Part shown: one piece after another, positions 54,667 through 64,000 of the stretch | How positions within the stretch are numbered: position 1 is the first letter of the stretch | Layout of the letters: the number at the start of each line of letters is the position of its first letter | Sequence record: OQ032512.1 | Length of the DNA: 64,000 nucleotides | DNA from: Acinetobacter phage nACB2 | Reading direction: 5' to 3' (one strand) | Translations under genes and position numbers: made by a program | Notes under the pieces: generated by a model | What the model saw: the letters and a program-made list of their open reading frames with translations, nothing else | The model's database searches: none | Told to the model about the DNA's origin: nothing

Positions 54667-57600
54667 TTAAATCACCTCTACTCTATTTATATACAGAGTA
54701 GCTGTTTGACCAGCAATAGTTTCTGCCGAACCTGAAATTTCAGTGAACATAATCTGAAGTGTATTTGCGCTTGTTACACTTGCCGTGAAATAACCACGGG
54801 TTTTTAAAGTTGAGCTTGGTACTACCTCAACTAAATCACCAACGGTTAAACCCGAAATATCCGTAATTGGAGTGAATAAGAAATTTCCATTTGCTACAGG
54901 TGGGAATGATGAAAAAGTCCTAGTTGTTCGAGCTATTTTGTTGTTGATAAAATATTCAAACACTGGATCTGTTGCCGTCCAACCTGTTAATACCCAATAA
55001 CCCAGACCATCGTCTGTAGCGAACTTAGTACCAACAGCAAACACATCTTTATTGGCAAGTTTGATAACTGGCCTCAATGCGGATGTAATATTAACAACCC
55101 TTCTGTTTCCTCCTGCCACTATATTATTCTCACCAATTCTGAATCCGAATTCTAATGTTCGGTTAGTGGTTTCGTTATATATGCCATTTACTTCAGTGAC
55201 AATGTCGTTGTCGTAAATGTCCAACAATGCCGAGCCACTAGATGTAATAGCCCCCAATATTTTAGTGTCGAAAGCTCTTAAAGCTGCATCGTTGATATCA
55301 TTACCATTAATTCTGACGTCATTAGGTGTGCGGACGGTGATAGACCCTGTCTTATTGAAAGAAATGTTACCCTTCTTACAATACGACTGTGACATATACA
55401 AAAACAAGCGATCAGCCGTATTTCCTTCTATCTTGAAATTCTCCAAACCCACTGTAATGTATAGCGAGCCGCCGATTGTATTACCGATCATTTCCAGTCC
55501 GATCTGAGGAGTAACTGCGTCATCCACTTTAGGTAGAATACTGAAACCACTAACGCTTGCTGTACTCACGCCCGCAATAAAATTCGGGTTGGCTATGGTA
55601 TTATTATTGATTTTTGCGCGCGGACAGAATCGAATAAAACCAGGGTAATCTAAATTGTTATTCAACAATTTTAAATCATACCCACCGACAATTTGTAATG
55701 TCGAACCTCTGGAATTTTTAGTAATTCCGTTTTTAATAGTAGCGTTATATGAACCAAAATATCCTCGGAATCCGGCATAGAATCCATCCAAGGTATCGCC
55801 ATCACTCGTACAATCTCGACATTTAGCGCCAAAATATACACCTGCGCCATCTGTCACCTCTGATCCATTGAGCTTGAACGGGTGGAATTTAAGATTATTC
55901 TTATATGAAAGAATGTTAACTGGCCCAGCGTAGAATACTATAGCTCCGTCGCTAGTATATTGAGCATCAATGTTTGCAAAAGAGATAGAACCATTAACTG
56001 TACCGTGGTTGAAGTGCATACAAACGGCTTTACCGATGTATGGAGCAATTTGATGACAGTTAAAGGAAGACTGGTGAATAACTTTCACAGTATTAAAGGT
56101 TTGTGATGGTGCTACGCCTTTAAGACCGCCGTTTGGGTTGGTGTAACTGACATTTGTGGTAAAGAAATTACAAACATAATTATATGATAGACCAGTGTTT
56201 GTCAACCCATCATGTTCAATTGTTAAGTCTTTAAAGTGATAACGATCAGTGTACACCTTTTGCAAATAGCCCCTATTGGATGTTTTGTACAAGAGTTTAT
56301 TTTGCAATGTGACTGTTTTGTTCACAGTATCTACAGACGCAATAATATTCATTTGACCAGTGTAACCAACATCTTCTTCATCATATTGACTAGCAGTATA
56401 ATAAGCATCAGCGCCTAGAACGGTATCGGCGCCAATATACAGATGAATGATATCTCCAGCAGAAAAGCCTGCTGTGTCTGTCACGCTTATGACTTTAGTG
56501 TCTTTTTCCGATAACGCTGTCAGTCTTGTTCGAAGCATTGGGCGAGGTGTTAGACCCACACTACTTCCACTGACTTTAAGTTTAGAGCCATTACCCTCAA
56601 CAACGCAACCAGTTGGTAGTGTGATTAGTGTGTTACCCAGTTCATACTCTTTGTTTGGACTCAACTCCACTTTAGTTGGGTTTGTATAAACTAAACGCTG
56701 AAATGAGGCTGCGTCGTTTACATCTATTGGTAATCTGTAATAGTCAGGATTGAATTTTGAAACTAAATGAGACACCCATCCCGTCGTATCGATATTCGGA
56801 TTCGCTGTATTATTTGCAATGGTTGATTTTACAATGTCGCCATTCGTCAATATTACCTCAGCGTTCAACCCATAACTCATTCCGGTAATGAATTTTCCGA
56901 CACCGTATGGAATCCAACCGTCAACATTTGAGTTTGGATTGTTCTTGTTATTTGCTACAGCAGATTTAACCTGAGTAACGCCATCATCCAGAGTCAGTAC
57001 TGCTCCAAATGGATAACCACCAGCGTCAATGTACTCCTGTTCAAACCCATGCACTTGAACGACTTCAGACATCATTATAGCTTTGTTCACTTCATCTCTT
57101 GTCAGAGAAATGCGTTCTACAGTCTGTTCTATCTCTTCAGCGCTTAAAGTTTCCGCCTTTGTGTATACATCTGACGCATTAGCTTTCGAGTCATATAAAT
57201 CAGTAACAACTGTTTCTAGACCAGGAATCTTGTCGTAGTTAGGTAATTGTTCCCGAACAACTTTACCATCTTCACCGAGATCTGCTTTAGTGCGTTGAAT
57301 TTCATCAGTGCGTTCAATCATATCTCTTCGAGCTTGGTCCAAAACGCCATTTAGTGCTTCGCTCAAACCTTCATACTGTTCAACAGATGGTAACTGAATT
57401 TGAGGCACTTTACCGTCTACAAGATCAGCCTTAGCAATTAATTTTTCGTTCACATATGCTTCAGAATAATCTTTTGCAGACTGGATACCGTCTGTAATAG
57501 ATTCTTCCAAGGTGACCAGTTTTTGGTTGATAGTCTGGAAATTATTAGCAATAAAGTCAGGAAGATTAGATTCTTGGATCTTACCTTCTACAAGATCAGC

Positions 57601-57711
57601 CTTTTTGCTTAGACCAGCAGTTAGTTGCTCTTTTGTCACTAGAAACGACACGATCTCGCCCTCTAGAGCAAGATCGGTCACTAAGCATTCAATTTTTAGA
57701 GATTGAGTCAT
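54667..57711 (-). CDS. Tail fibre/receptor-binding protein 1 (1014 aa): N-terminal 'KADLV-GK' anchor repeats plus a C-terminal beta-helix (depolymerase-like) domain.
   Basis: N-terminus 'LKIECLVTDL...SKKADLVEGKIQESNLPDF' shared with the two downstream fibre genes. Repeated 'KADLVDGKVPQIQLP' motifs. The C-terminal half is rich in N/G/T/S beta-strand repeats. Confidence 0.7.
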   Translation of the reverse strand: MTQSLKIECLVTDLALEGEIVSFLVTKEQLTAGLSKKADLVEGKIQESNLPDFIANNFQTINQKLVTLEESITDGIQSAKDYSEAYVNEKLIAKADLVDGKVPQIQLPSVEQYEGLSEALNGVLDQARRDMIERTDEIQRTKADLGEDGKVVREQLPNYDKIPGLETVVTDLYDSKANASDVYTKAETLSAEEIEQTVERISLTRDEVNKAIMMSEVVQVHGFEQEYIDAGGYPFGAVLTLDDGVTQVKSAVANNKNNPNSNVDGWIPYGVGKFITGMSYGLNAEVILTNGDIVKSTIANNTANPNIDTTGWVSHLVSKFNPDYYRLPIDVNDAASFQRLVYTNPTKVELSPNKEYELGNTLITLPTGCVVEGNGSKLKVSGSSVGLTPRPMLRTRLTALSEKDTKVISVTDTAGFSAGDIIHLYIGADTVLGADAYYTASQYDEEDVGYTGQMNIIASVDTVNKTVTLQNKLLYKTSNRGYLQKVYTDRYHFKDLTIEHDGLTNTGLSYNYVCNFFTTNVSYTNPNGGLKGVAPSQTFNTVKVIHQSSFNCHQIAPYIGKAVCMHFNHGTVNGSISFANIDAQYTSDGAIVFYAGPVNILSYKNNLKFHPFKLNGSEVTDGAGVYFGAKCRDCTSDGDTLDGFYAGFRGYFGSYNATIKNGITKNSRGSTLQIVGGYDLKLLNNNLDYPGFIRFCPRAKINNNTIANPNFIAGVSTASVSGFSILPKVDDAVTPQIGLEMIGNTIGGSLYITVGLENFKIEGNTADRLFLYMSQSYCKKGNISFNKTGSITVRTPNDVRINGNDINDAALRAFDTKILGAITSSGSALLDIYDNDIVTEVNGIYNETTNRTLEFGFRIGENNIVAGGNRRVVNITSALRPVIKLANKDVFAVGTKFATDDGLGYWVLTGWTATDPVFEYFINNKIARTTRTFSSFPPVANGNFLFTPITDISGLTVGDLVEVVPSSTLKTRGYFTASVTSANTLQIMFTEISGSAETIAGQTATLYINRVEVI

Positions 57712-57739
57712 GTCAGTTCAACATTCATTAGATTGAGTA

Positions 57740-57753
57740 TTGAACTATTTATG
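57740..57753 (-). promoter_or_regulatory. Late-promoter-like motif. The minus strand reads cATAAATAGTTCAA, about 30 nt upstream of the fibre-1 ATG.
   Basis: The same 13-14-nt motif recurs upstream of fibre 2 (60598-60612) and, in a variant ATAAAATAGTTCAA, upstream of fibre 3 (63769-63784). Confidence 0.4.
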
Positions 57754-57902
57754 AGATTGTTTATAACTATACGAAATGGAAACTAGTCATTCTAGAAGTA
57801 AGCAACCATACTAAGACAATTAAAATTAATGCTATATGCTACTCTAAATTTTTAAAATCTTCAATGACTTCGCTCTATACCAATACGTATAAGTTTTGTA
57901 GA

Positions 57903-57925
57903 TAAAAGAAACCTCCCGAAGGCGG
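57903..57925 (-). terminator. Terminator after fibre gene 2 (ccgcc-UUCG-ggagg with a G-A mismatch, then a T-run on the minus strand).
   Basis: Read directly; moderate quality. Confidence 0.45.
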
Positions 57926-57931
57926 TTGTAA

Positions 57932-60571
57932 TTATACATTGCTTGTTCTTGAAACAATGCTCCACTTCGAGCCAGCAACTCTTAGGGTTACAATTTCATC
58001 AGGTGCAATAGTCACTTCGCTGTTCATGTTTGTACCAGATAAAATAACAGATGGTCGACCAGCAGGGTTACTAATTTGTAGATGATCACTAACTGTTTGT
58101 GGTTTAGGTAAATTGATAGTGATGCTTGAGCTGCCAACAGCATGGCCTAGTCGAATCCACGACATCCGTTCTTGAAGTTCGTTTATAGTAATAGTCTTAC
58201 CATCTACTATGGTTAAGCCAAGTGCTGCTACTTTAGACCCAGCTCCGATGCTACCCTGTATTGCATTGGTTGCATTACAGTCTAACTGAGCAACACCAGT
58301 ACCGCCATAACTAATGTTTTCTACATTGTGATATGCACCTAAAGGAACATCAGAGCCTACAACTGTCATTACGCCAATCTTTCCAGACTTTGGCGATCCT
58401 GTAATTGTAACGTTATCAACAGTCATAAAGTAATGACCTTGCGCCAAGTAGATTTGACTACAATCCCCAACACTAATGTCTTTTAGAGTTACCTTTGAAC
58501 CGTCATTCACAAAACCTGAACGTGTACCACCTGTACTCGCAAACACTCGACCTATCTTATTTGCCTTTAGGTTTGATAACACCAAGCCTTTATTGACTAC
58601 ACCATTGATTCGGACTAATGATGAGCCAGATGTGGAAGTCATAGCGCTTGGGTGCAGCACATCAACATCAATATTATCAACTGAGCAACCGACTACAGAG
58701 TTCCGGAAATATACACCGTACACACCTGTATTTGTAGACGGATCAACATCCGCTCTGATTCTAGCAACAACATTTTTTACATGAACACTTCGGAATGGGT
58801 GGTTTTGTTTTAAAGCAGGTACAGTACCACCATAACCTTGCTCGCTTAGAACCACAGGATATTGTGATGTCGTGACTTGAATGTTTTCACATAAAATGTA
58901 ACCTGCAAATCCATTGTGTGCCAATCCAACTGGAGCAGACTTATCATCATCATCGCTAATATCTCGGATAATACCAAAATATGCACTATCCTGATCATAT
59001 ACGTGTCGCATCCCCGAACCCTTAACACTATTCACGGTGAATTTAGAAACACCGAACAACTGAATGCCATAACCTTGACCACTACCGACAGCAGCCGCTT
59101 TAAGGGGTCTCGTATCATTAGCAATAACATCATATGAGTAGCGGATGTGCACGGCAGAGCCTGTTGTTCCAACGGATTCAATATTATTGGTTCTGACGTT
59201 TTCGCAGTTTGCAATTATTGATGTGTGTGCTGTATGGGTTGGTGTTGGTTTAAATACAGCGTTCTTTAATTCCACGCGTTTTAGTTGATCGGGGGAATGA
59301 TAAAAACGAATCGTCGAAGCACCTTTATACGCCGCCATAAAGTTTTCAACAGTAATTACATTTCCGGAAATAGCTTTAATCTTGACTGTTTCATAGTTCA
59401 CGTTGCCAGTGGTTGAGCGCGTAGCCCCATCCCATAGATAACCAATATCACCTACCTTAAATAAAGAGGAAGCATTAGGCACTGTGAACTGTGTATCACC
59501 ATGATTAAGCACAGCTTCGGTGACAGTGTACTCTGTTGCGGATAGCGAGCCGATCTGAACAATAGGCTTGTCGTTTACTGTATTTATTAAAGTACAGCCA
59601 TTAAAATCAATGTTTAATGATTTGTTTTCACTAATAAAATGACCTGATAGCGTCTTACCATATGGGAACACAATTTTTGCATTATTGGGCGCTTCACTAA
59701 TCAATTGATTGTACTTAGCAGTATTATCATCGCTTTCAGATAATTTATACCTCTCAACATAAATAACAGAATCAGCTTTAGCCTTATTATCGCCTGCTTG
59801 GGATGTATTAATCTCTTGCTGAGTCTTCCCGCTTTCATCAATAACATCAGATGCATCAACGGTCATTTTAAACGGTTGCCAAACGTTACCAACAAACTGT
59901 TGGATTACGCCATCTTTTAAAGTCAATGCCCCGTCAACATATTCCAAATCAGGATCGTATGGAAGAGAAGCTCCATTCTTGATAATATGATCTTGAGTAT
60001 TTTTCACTACCCCAATTTCATTACCAAAATAATTCAACTGGCTATTGACTTCGCCTTTATACTCATTGATAGTATTGTTCAAAAATTCTCTTTCTTCAAG
60101 AACTTTACCATCTGTATAAGAATTAGCTGAACCAACAAGACCATCCATTTGAGCTACTATGCTTTCAGAATTTTGTCTCAATTCTTGACGCACATTTTCA
60201 AATTCAGTTGAAACATTCTGTTCGAAGTTCATGGAAAATGGTAGTTGTTCGAATGGGACTTTACCTTCAACAAGATCAGCTTTCTTAGAATTGTTCTCTG
60301 ATATCTTGTTGTCTGAGTATAATTTCGCTGCGTTTAAGATTTCCGCGTCAGATTCCAAATAAGACTGTTCTACGTCATCTAATTTGTCGACTAGACCATC
60401 CAAGTAGGTATAATCTGGTAATAGACTTGGGTCTACTTTTCCTTCGGCATTCAGAGTGGCTTTTTTAGATAATTCATTTGCAACATAATCTGTAGTTGCA
60501 AATTCAGAAACAACTACTCCGTTCTGACCTAGATCAGCAACGGAGATTTCAAGTTTTAACGTTTTAGACAT
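57932..60571 (-). CDS. Tail fibre/receptor-binding protein 2 (about 879 aa): shared N-terminal anchor plus a beta-helix C-terminal domain.
   Basis: Start moved to the ATG at 60571 (the ORF-track TTG at 60595 is an artefact). N-terminus 'MSKTLKLEISVADLGQNGVVVSEF...SKKATLNAEGKVDPSLLPDY' is homologous to fibres 1 and 3. Confidence 0.7.
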   Translation of the reverse strand: MSKTLKLEISVADLGQNGVVVSEFATTDYVANELSKKATLNAEGKVDPSLLPDYTYLDGLVDKLDDVEQSYLESDAEILNAAKLYSDNKISENNSKKADLVEGKVPFEQLPFSMNFEQNVSTEFENVRQELRQNSESIVAQMDGLVGSANSYTDGKVLEEREFLNNTINEYKGEVNSQLNYFGNEIGVVKNTQDHIIKNGASLPYDPDLEYVDGALTLKDGVIQQFVGNVWQPFKMTVDASDVIDESGKTQQEINTSQAGDNKAKADSVIYVERYKLSESDDNTAKYNQLISEAPNNAKIVFPYGKTLSGHFISENKSLNIDFNGCTLINTVNDKPIVQIGSLSATEYTVTEAVLNHGDTQFTVPNASSLFKVGDIGYLWDGATRSTTGNVNYETVKIKAISGNVITVENFMAAYKGASTIRFYHSPDQLKRVELKNAVFKPTPTHTAHTSIIANCENVRTNNIESVGTTGSAVHIRYSYDVIANDTRPLKAAAVGSGQGYGIQLFGVSKFTVNSVKGSGMRHVYDQDSAYFGIIRDISDDDDKSAPVGLAHNGFAGYILCENIQVTTSQYPVVLSEQGYGGTVPALKQNHPFRSVHVKNVVARIRADVDPSTNTGVYGVYFRNSVVGCSVDNIDVDVLHPSAMTSTSGSSLVRINGVVNKGLVLSNLKANKIGRVFASTGGTRSGFVNDGSKVTLKDISVGDCSQIYLAQGHYFMTVDNVTITGSPKSGKIGVMTVVGSDVPLGAYHNVENISYGGTGVAQLDCNATNAIQGSIGAGSKVAALGLTIVDGKTITINELQERMSWIRLGHAVGSSSITINLPKPQTVSDHLQISNPAGRPSVILSGTNMNSEVTIAPDEIVTLRVAGSKWSIVSRTSNV

Positions 60572-60636
60572 GACGGTAGCCCATAGATAGAACAATATTT
60601 GAACTATTTATGTGACTACTGTTTGATTTTATAACA

Positions 60637-63600
60637 TTAACCGAAATTTAGAATCTTTTGAGCAACGTATTTTCCAAATACTTCATTTCCTAATGGAGTT
60701 AAATGTACACCGTCATGAGAATATTTCATTTGTACCTCATTGACAATCATCGGTCTCATGTCTTTGTAGCCGAACCCGCATTCATACGTTCCCAATATTA
60801 GATGAACACCGTAATATTCACAAACTGATTTCAAGAACGGGATCAATTGTGTGATTCGAGTTGGCGCATCGCTGTTAGGAGCTGGTCTATTTCTGTAGGG
60901 TGGAGCTATAATATGTATCTCACATTTAGGGGCTTTCCAACGAATGTATTCTATAATAAGTGCGATGTTACATAAATAGTTGTTTGGAAATAATGCGGCG
61001 TACTCATTCGCTGTTGCATAATCTTGGAAACGCCCTGCTGGAATCTGGTCAATAGAACCAGATACAACGCCGTCCGAGTCATTCGTTCCAATCATTAAAG
61101 TGAAACAAGCCAAGTTTGAAGGATCTTTAGCAGACCAAGCAGTTGGGGTATCTCTCTGGGCTATTCCGGAACCTGCAGTAATAATATCAACAACTCGACT
61201 TACGCGTGCTCCAGACGAACCATGATTGGTTATTCGAGTACCGAAAGCTTTCGATAAATATTGAGTGTACGTTCCATTAGTTGGTACATCTGAACCCTGC
61301 GTAATAGAATCTCCTGCACACCAAACTTCTAAATTTTGGAATCGACTGATTACAGTCGGATTTTGTGGTTTCGCAAGTGAGAAGCCCATTATGCTTGAAA
61401 CATACGGAGTTGTGGTTTTTGCTACAAAATCTTCAAAAATTGAAACGGTAGATACGACATCATAAGATTGGGACGGTAATTTGGTTGTATAGAAAGCCTT
61501 TGTAAATGCTATATCCGAGTCTGTTGTTGTGAATTGGTACACATCTGGCTCACCAGTAGGTATTAAATCCCGCTTAGTTATGGCAAGTCCGTTGTAAGGA
61601 TTTCCAGAACCAATTAAACCAACGTATCTGTTACCGTCAGACATAAATTGAGGCGCTTTAATGTAATATGTTGTATTTGGTTTTATCTTTATTTCAACTA
61701 AAACAGCATTGGTCGCAGCCGTAATAGCAGTTAATCCGACGTATAGACCAGAAGTCTTAACCGAGTTTTTATATAAGTCAAGATAATCTGTTACGACAGC
61801 AGAAGCTTTCAAAGCCTTTTCATCTCGTATCGGAATACCTTTCACCCCAGTGACCGTATTTGTAACGATAGACTTTATCATCAACGATTCAGATATATTT
61901 AAACTTGCTCCCCACTTCACGTTCAAAAATCCAAAACCAGTGATTGGAGCAACAAATGTGAATACATTTGGATCTACAGTCGCTGTCAAATTTTGTAGTG
62001 TATTCACTTTCCCGATTGCGGTTGTATTATCAACATGAACAGCTAATTTAGCGTATGTTGTATTAAACCCAGACGGAGCTGTTAGAGTATATTTTTCACC
62101 AGCAACAATTGGAAATACATTCAATAAACAATCAGAAACTGATCGTATTGTTCCGTTCGCTGGATCAATATTCAAATTTCCATAGTTATTAGCTGATGAA
62201 TATAAATTTACAGAATTGTCTATGTTAAGAACTGTTTCGATATTTGAAGCTTTCAAAGCCGATTTATCTTCAATTGGAATGTCTTTAATGCTTGTAACTC
62301 TATCGTTAACATTTGATTTAATTTTTAATGTAGTTGATATATCTAGAGGGACACCCCACTTCACGTTCAAAAATCCAAAACCAGTGATTGGAGCAACAAA
62401 TGTGAATACATTTGGATCAGATGTTGAAGTAAGATTATGTAATGTATTGACCTTTCCGAGCGTTGTTGTATTATCAACATGAACAGCTAATTTAGCGTAT
62501 GTTGTATTAAACCCAGACGGAGCTGATAGAGTATATGTTTCGCCAGCAACAATTGGAAATACATTAATTACTGCGCTTGAAACTGATCGTATTGTTCCGT
62601 TCGCTGGATCAATATTCAAATTTCCGTAGTTATTAGCTGTTGAATATAAATCTACATTGTTTTCTGTTTTAGCGAGACTGTCGGAATAACTCTTAGCTTG
62701 CGTAAGAGGGTCATAAAGACTCTTTGATAAAACAGTCCCATTCCATTGGTATGTTCCATTGTTAACCCCGTCATTGGTGACATCAACAACCGTGTTTGCT
62801 GGTAAAGATGCTTGAGCAGCCTGTGCAAGAGCGAGTGTAGTGTAAGCCTTTCTCCCTCCCACATAGGCTGAAAATGTGGCATCGACTTCAGTTCTGCTAT
62901 ATGTGGCAGTTTTCAAATACACTTCTGTCTTGTTGGGTTTAGCTCCTAACTTGGAATCGACTTCGTTGGCTGAGTATGAATCCGATTTTGTTCTTAGTGT
63001 ACTAGCCAAATTTTCAACATAAGTTTTATCAGCTTTTGATAATTCCACATCTTTACTTGCGAAACGGTTTGCTGAATCAATCTGAAAATGGTTGAATTCA
63101 GTTTCCAAATCAGATTGTAGTTCAGAAAAACTTGTTTGTAGACTATTTTGTAGTTCAGAAAAACTAGCAGCGTAAACTACATCTGATGGTAGAACTGTCT
63201 TGGAAACCTTTCCGGCATTGAGTTTAGGGTATTGAGATAAACTGGATTGGACTGCTTCGATTTCACTTTGAAAAGATTGTTTCAAACCATCTATTGCGCC
63301 CTTTGCGCCTTGAATATCTTTGAACAAAGGTGCTTGAGTAGATGGTACGCGCCCTGCGACCAAATCAGCCTTGACACCTAAAACATTCTGAACAACGCCG
63401 TCTGCATATTCTTTCGCTTCGAATAAAGCTGTATTAGTTTCAGAGCGTAATTGGGTTGCTAGACCATTTATCTCTTCAGTTACACCATTTAATTCAGAAA
63501 ATGATGGTAATTGGGTTGGATTTACCTTTCCATTCACCAAATCAGCCTTTTTGGCCATATCTGTATTATGTAAATCTTGTGTCACAAAGTCTGATAGGAC

Positions 63601-63660
63601 TGCGCCACTTTCACCTACGTCTGCTAATACGACGTCAATTTTCAGTTTGTTATCACTCAT
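60637..63660 (-). CDS. Tail fibre/receptor-binding protein 3 (1007 aa): shared N-terminal anchor, two tandem 148-aa repeat domains, and a C-terminal SGNH/GDSL esterase domain.
   Basis: N-terminus 'LKIDVVLADVGESGAVLSDF...KKADLVNGKVNPTQLPSF'. C-terminal SGNH blocks 'CAGDSITQG' (I), 'MIGTNDS' (III) and 'DGVHLT' (V). SD GGAG. Confidence 0.75.
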   Translation of the reverse strand: MSDNKLKIDVVLADVGESGAVLSDFVTQDLHNTDMAKKADLVNGKVNPTQLPSFSELNGVTEEINGLATQLRSETNTALFEAKEYADGVVQNVLGVKADLVAGRVPSTQAPLFKDIQGAKGAIDGLKQSFQSEIEAVQSSLSQYPKLNAGKVSKTVLPSDVVYAASFSELQNSLQTSFSELQSDLETEFNHFQIDSANRFASKDVELSKADKTYVENLASTLRTKSDSYSANEVDSKLGAKPNKTEVYLKTATYSRTEVDATFSAYVGGRKAYTTLALAQAAQASLPANTVVDVTNDGVNNGTYQWNGTVLSKSLYDPLTQAKSYSDSLAKTENNVDLYSTANNYGNLNIDPANGTIRSVSSAVINVFPIVAGETYTLSAPSGFNTTYAKLAVHVDNTTTLGKVNTLHNLTSTSDPNVFTFVAPITGFGFLNVKWGVPLDISTTLKIKSNVNDRVTSIKDIPIEDKSALKASNIETVLNIDNSVNLYSSANNYGNLNIDPANGTIRSVSDCLLNVFPIVAGEKYTLTAPSGFNTTYAKLAVHVDNTTAIGKVNTLQNLTATVDPNVFTFVAPITGFGFLNVKWGASLNISESLMIKSIVTNTVTGVKGIPIRDEKALKASAVVTDYLDLYKNSVKTSGLYVGLTAITAATNAVLVEIKIKPNTTYYIKAPQFMSDGNRYVGLIGSGNPYNGLAITKRDLIPTGEPDVYQFTTTDSDIAFTKAFYTTKLPSQSYDVVSTVSIFEDFVAKTTTPYVSSIMGFSLAKPQNPTVISRFQNLEVWCAGDSITQGSDVPTNGTYTQYLSKAFGTRITNHGSSGARVSRVVDIITAGSGIAQRDTPTAWSAKDPSNLACFTLMIGTNDSDGVVSGSIDQIPAGRFQDYATANEYAALFPNNYLCNIALIIEYIRWKAPKCEIHIIAPPYRNRPAPNSDAPTRITQLIPFLKSVCEYYGVHLILGTYECGFGYKDMRPMIVNEVQMKYSHDGVHLTPLGNEVFGKYVAQKILNFG
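61777..62664 (-). repeat. 444-bp tandem duplication (two units, about 80% aa identity) inside fibre gene 3.
   Basis: The 68-nt string 'ccccacttcacgttcaaaaatccaaaaccagtgattggagcaacaaatgtgaatacatttggatc' occurs at 61911 and at 62355, an offset of 444 nt. Protein residues 333-480 match 481-628. Confidence 0.8.
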
Positions 63661-63954
63661 GTGACACTCCGGATATACTGTTTAGTTCAACAACTGTCTT
63701 TACTTAGTTGATTTGGTATCAAAATCTCTTTATTGAGAAAATCTATAATAAATTACATCTTGAACTATTTTATCATTAGATTTTTATTAAAAAACACTTT
63801 ATTATCATACAAAGATGTATTAAAATAGTAATCTACATCACTTGCCGTGTATGTGAACTAGGAACAGCTAAAATGGGACTATAATCTCAATAGGTAGTTG
63901 TTCTGATTAGGCAAATTGTGAGATCAATTGAAAAATTGAATAAACCTAATCAAT

Positions 63955-63990
63955 AGAAAGCCCTGTTAATTACAGGGTTTTTTATTGTCT
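63955..63990. terminator. Hairpin terminator (aaagccctgt-taatt-acagggtt + TTTTTATT).
   Basis: Read directly; it sits in a 340-nt AT-rich non-coding region. Confidence 0.6.
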
Positions 63991-64000
63991 AGAATATTCA

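Noticed and set aside
1-64000. CRISPR arrays and other short direct-repeat arrays.
   Set aside because: No regularly spaced short direct repeats were found. The only tandem repeat is the 444-bp coding duplication in fibre 3.

Overview
This window is a segment of a T4-like (Tevenvirinae-type) myovirus genome with a mosaic gene order. I estimate GC at roughly 38-40% by eye; all calls below come from reading the sequence and the ORF track, with no database searches.

Layout along the window:
- 1-11.5 kb, + strand: early/accessory region. It has a possible rIIA/rIIB-like pair, an SPFH/prohibitin-family protein, many small hypothetical, Cys-rich, lipoprotein and membrane ORFs, three sigma70-type promoters with one shared architecture, several hairpin terminators, and a cluster of three tRNAs (Arg-TCT, Asn-GTT, Met-CAT).
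- 11.6-30 kb, - strand: one long late operon. In transcription order it runs gp5-like hub (OB fold + CHAP), a GH19 lysozyme/spike protein, gp25-like, two paralogous 821/938-aa Gly-rich structural proteins, a 1603-aa structural protein with a TTG start, a mini coiled-coil, then gp13/14/15-like neck proteins and gp16/gp17 terminase.
- 30-36 kb and 43.7-52 kb, - strand: nucleotide metabolism and replication. This includes dCMP deaminase, a P-loop kinase, an XPD/DinG-like Fe-S helicase, a DEDDh exonuclease, a HAD nucleotidase, gp32 SSB, a RuvC-like resolvase, NrdB, and an NrdA that carries a 159-aa mini-intein at the catalytic Cys plus a C-terminal glutaredoxin-like fusion.
- 36.6-43 kb, - strand: baseplate hub and tail-tube module (tape-measure/gp29-like, gp27-like, gp53-like, gp48/54-like, gp4-like, gp19 tail tube).
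- 53.3-54.5 kb, - strand: lysis cassette with a PG-binding + M15 peptidase endolysin and an i-spanin that has an o-spanin lipoprotein embedded in another frame.
- 54.7-63.7 kb, - strand: three consecutive tail-fibre/receptor-binding genes. They share an N-terminal 'KADLV-GKV--QLP' anchor and carry different C-terminal enzymatic domains (two beta-helix, one SGNH esterase with a 444-bp internal tandem duplication).

No CRISPR array, integrase or transposase is visible.
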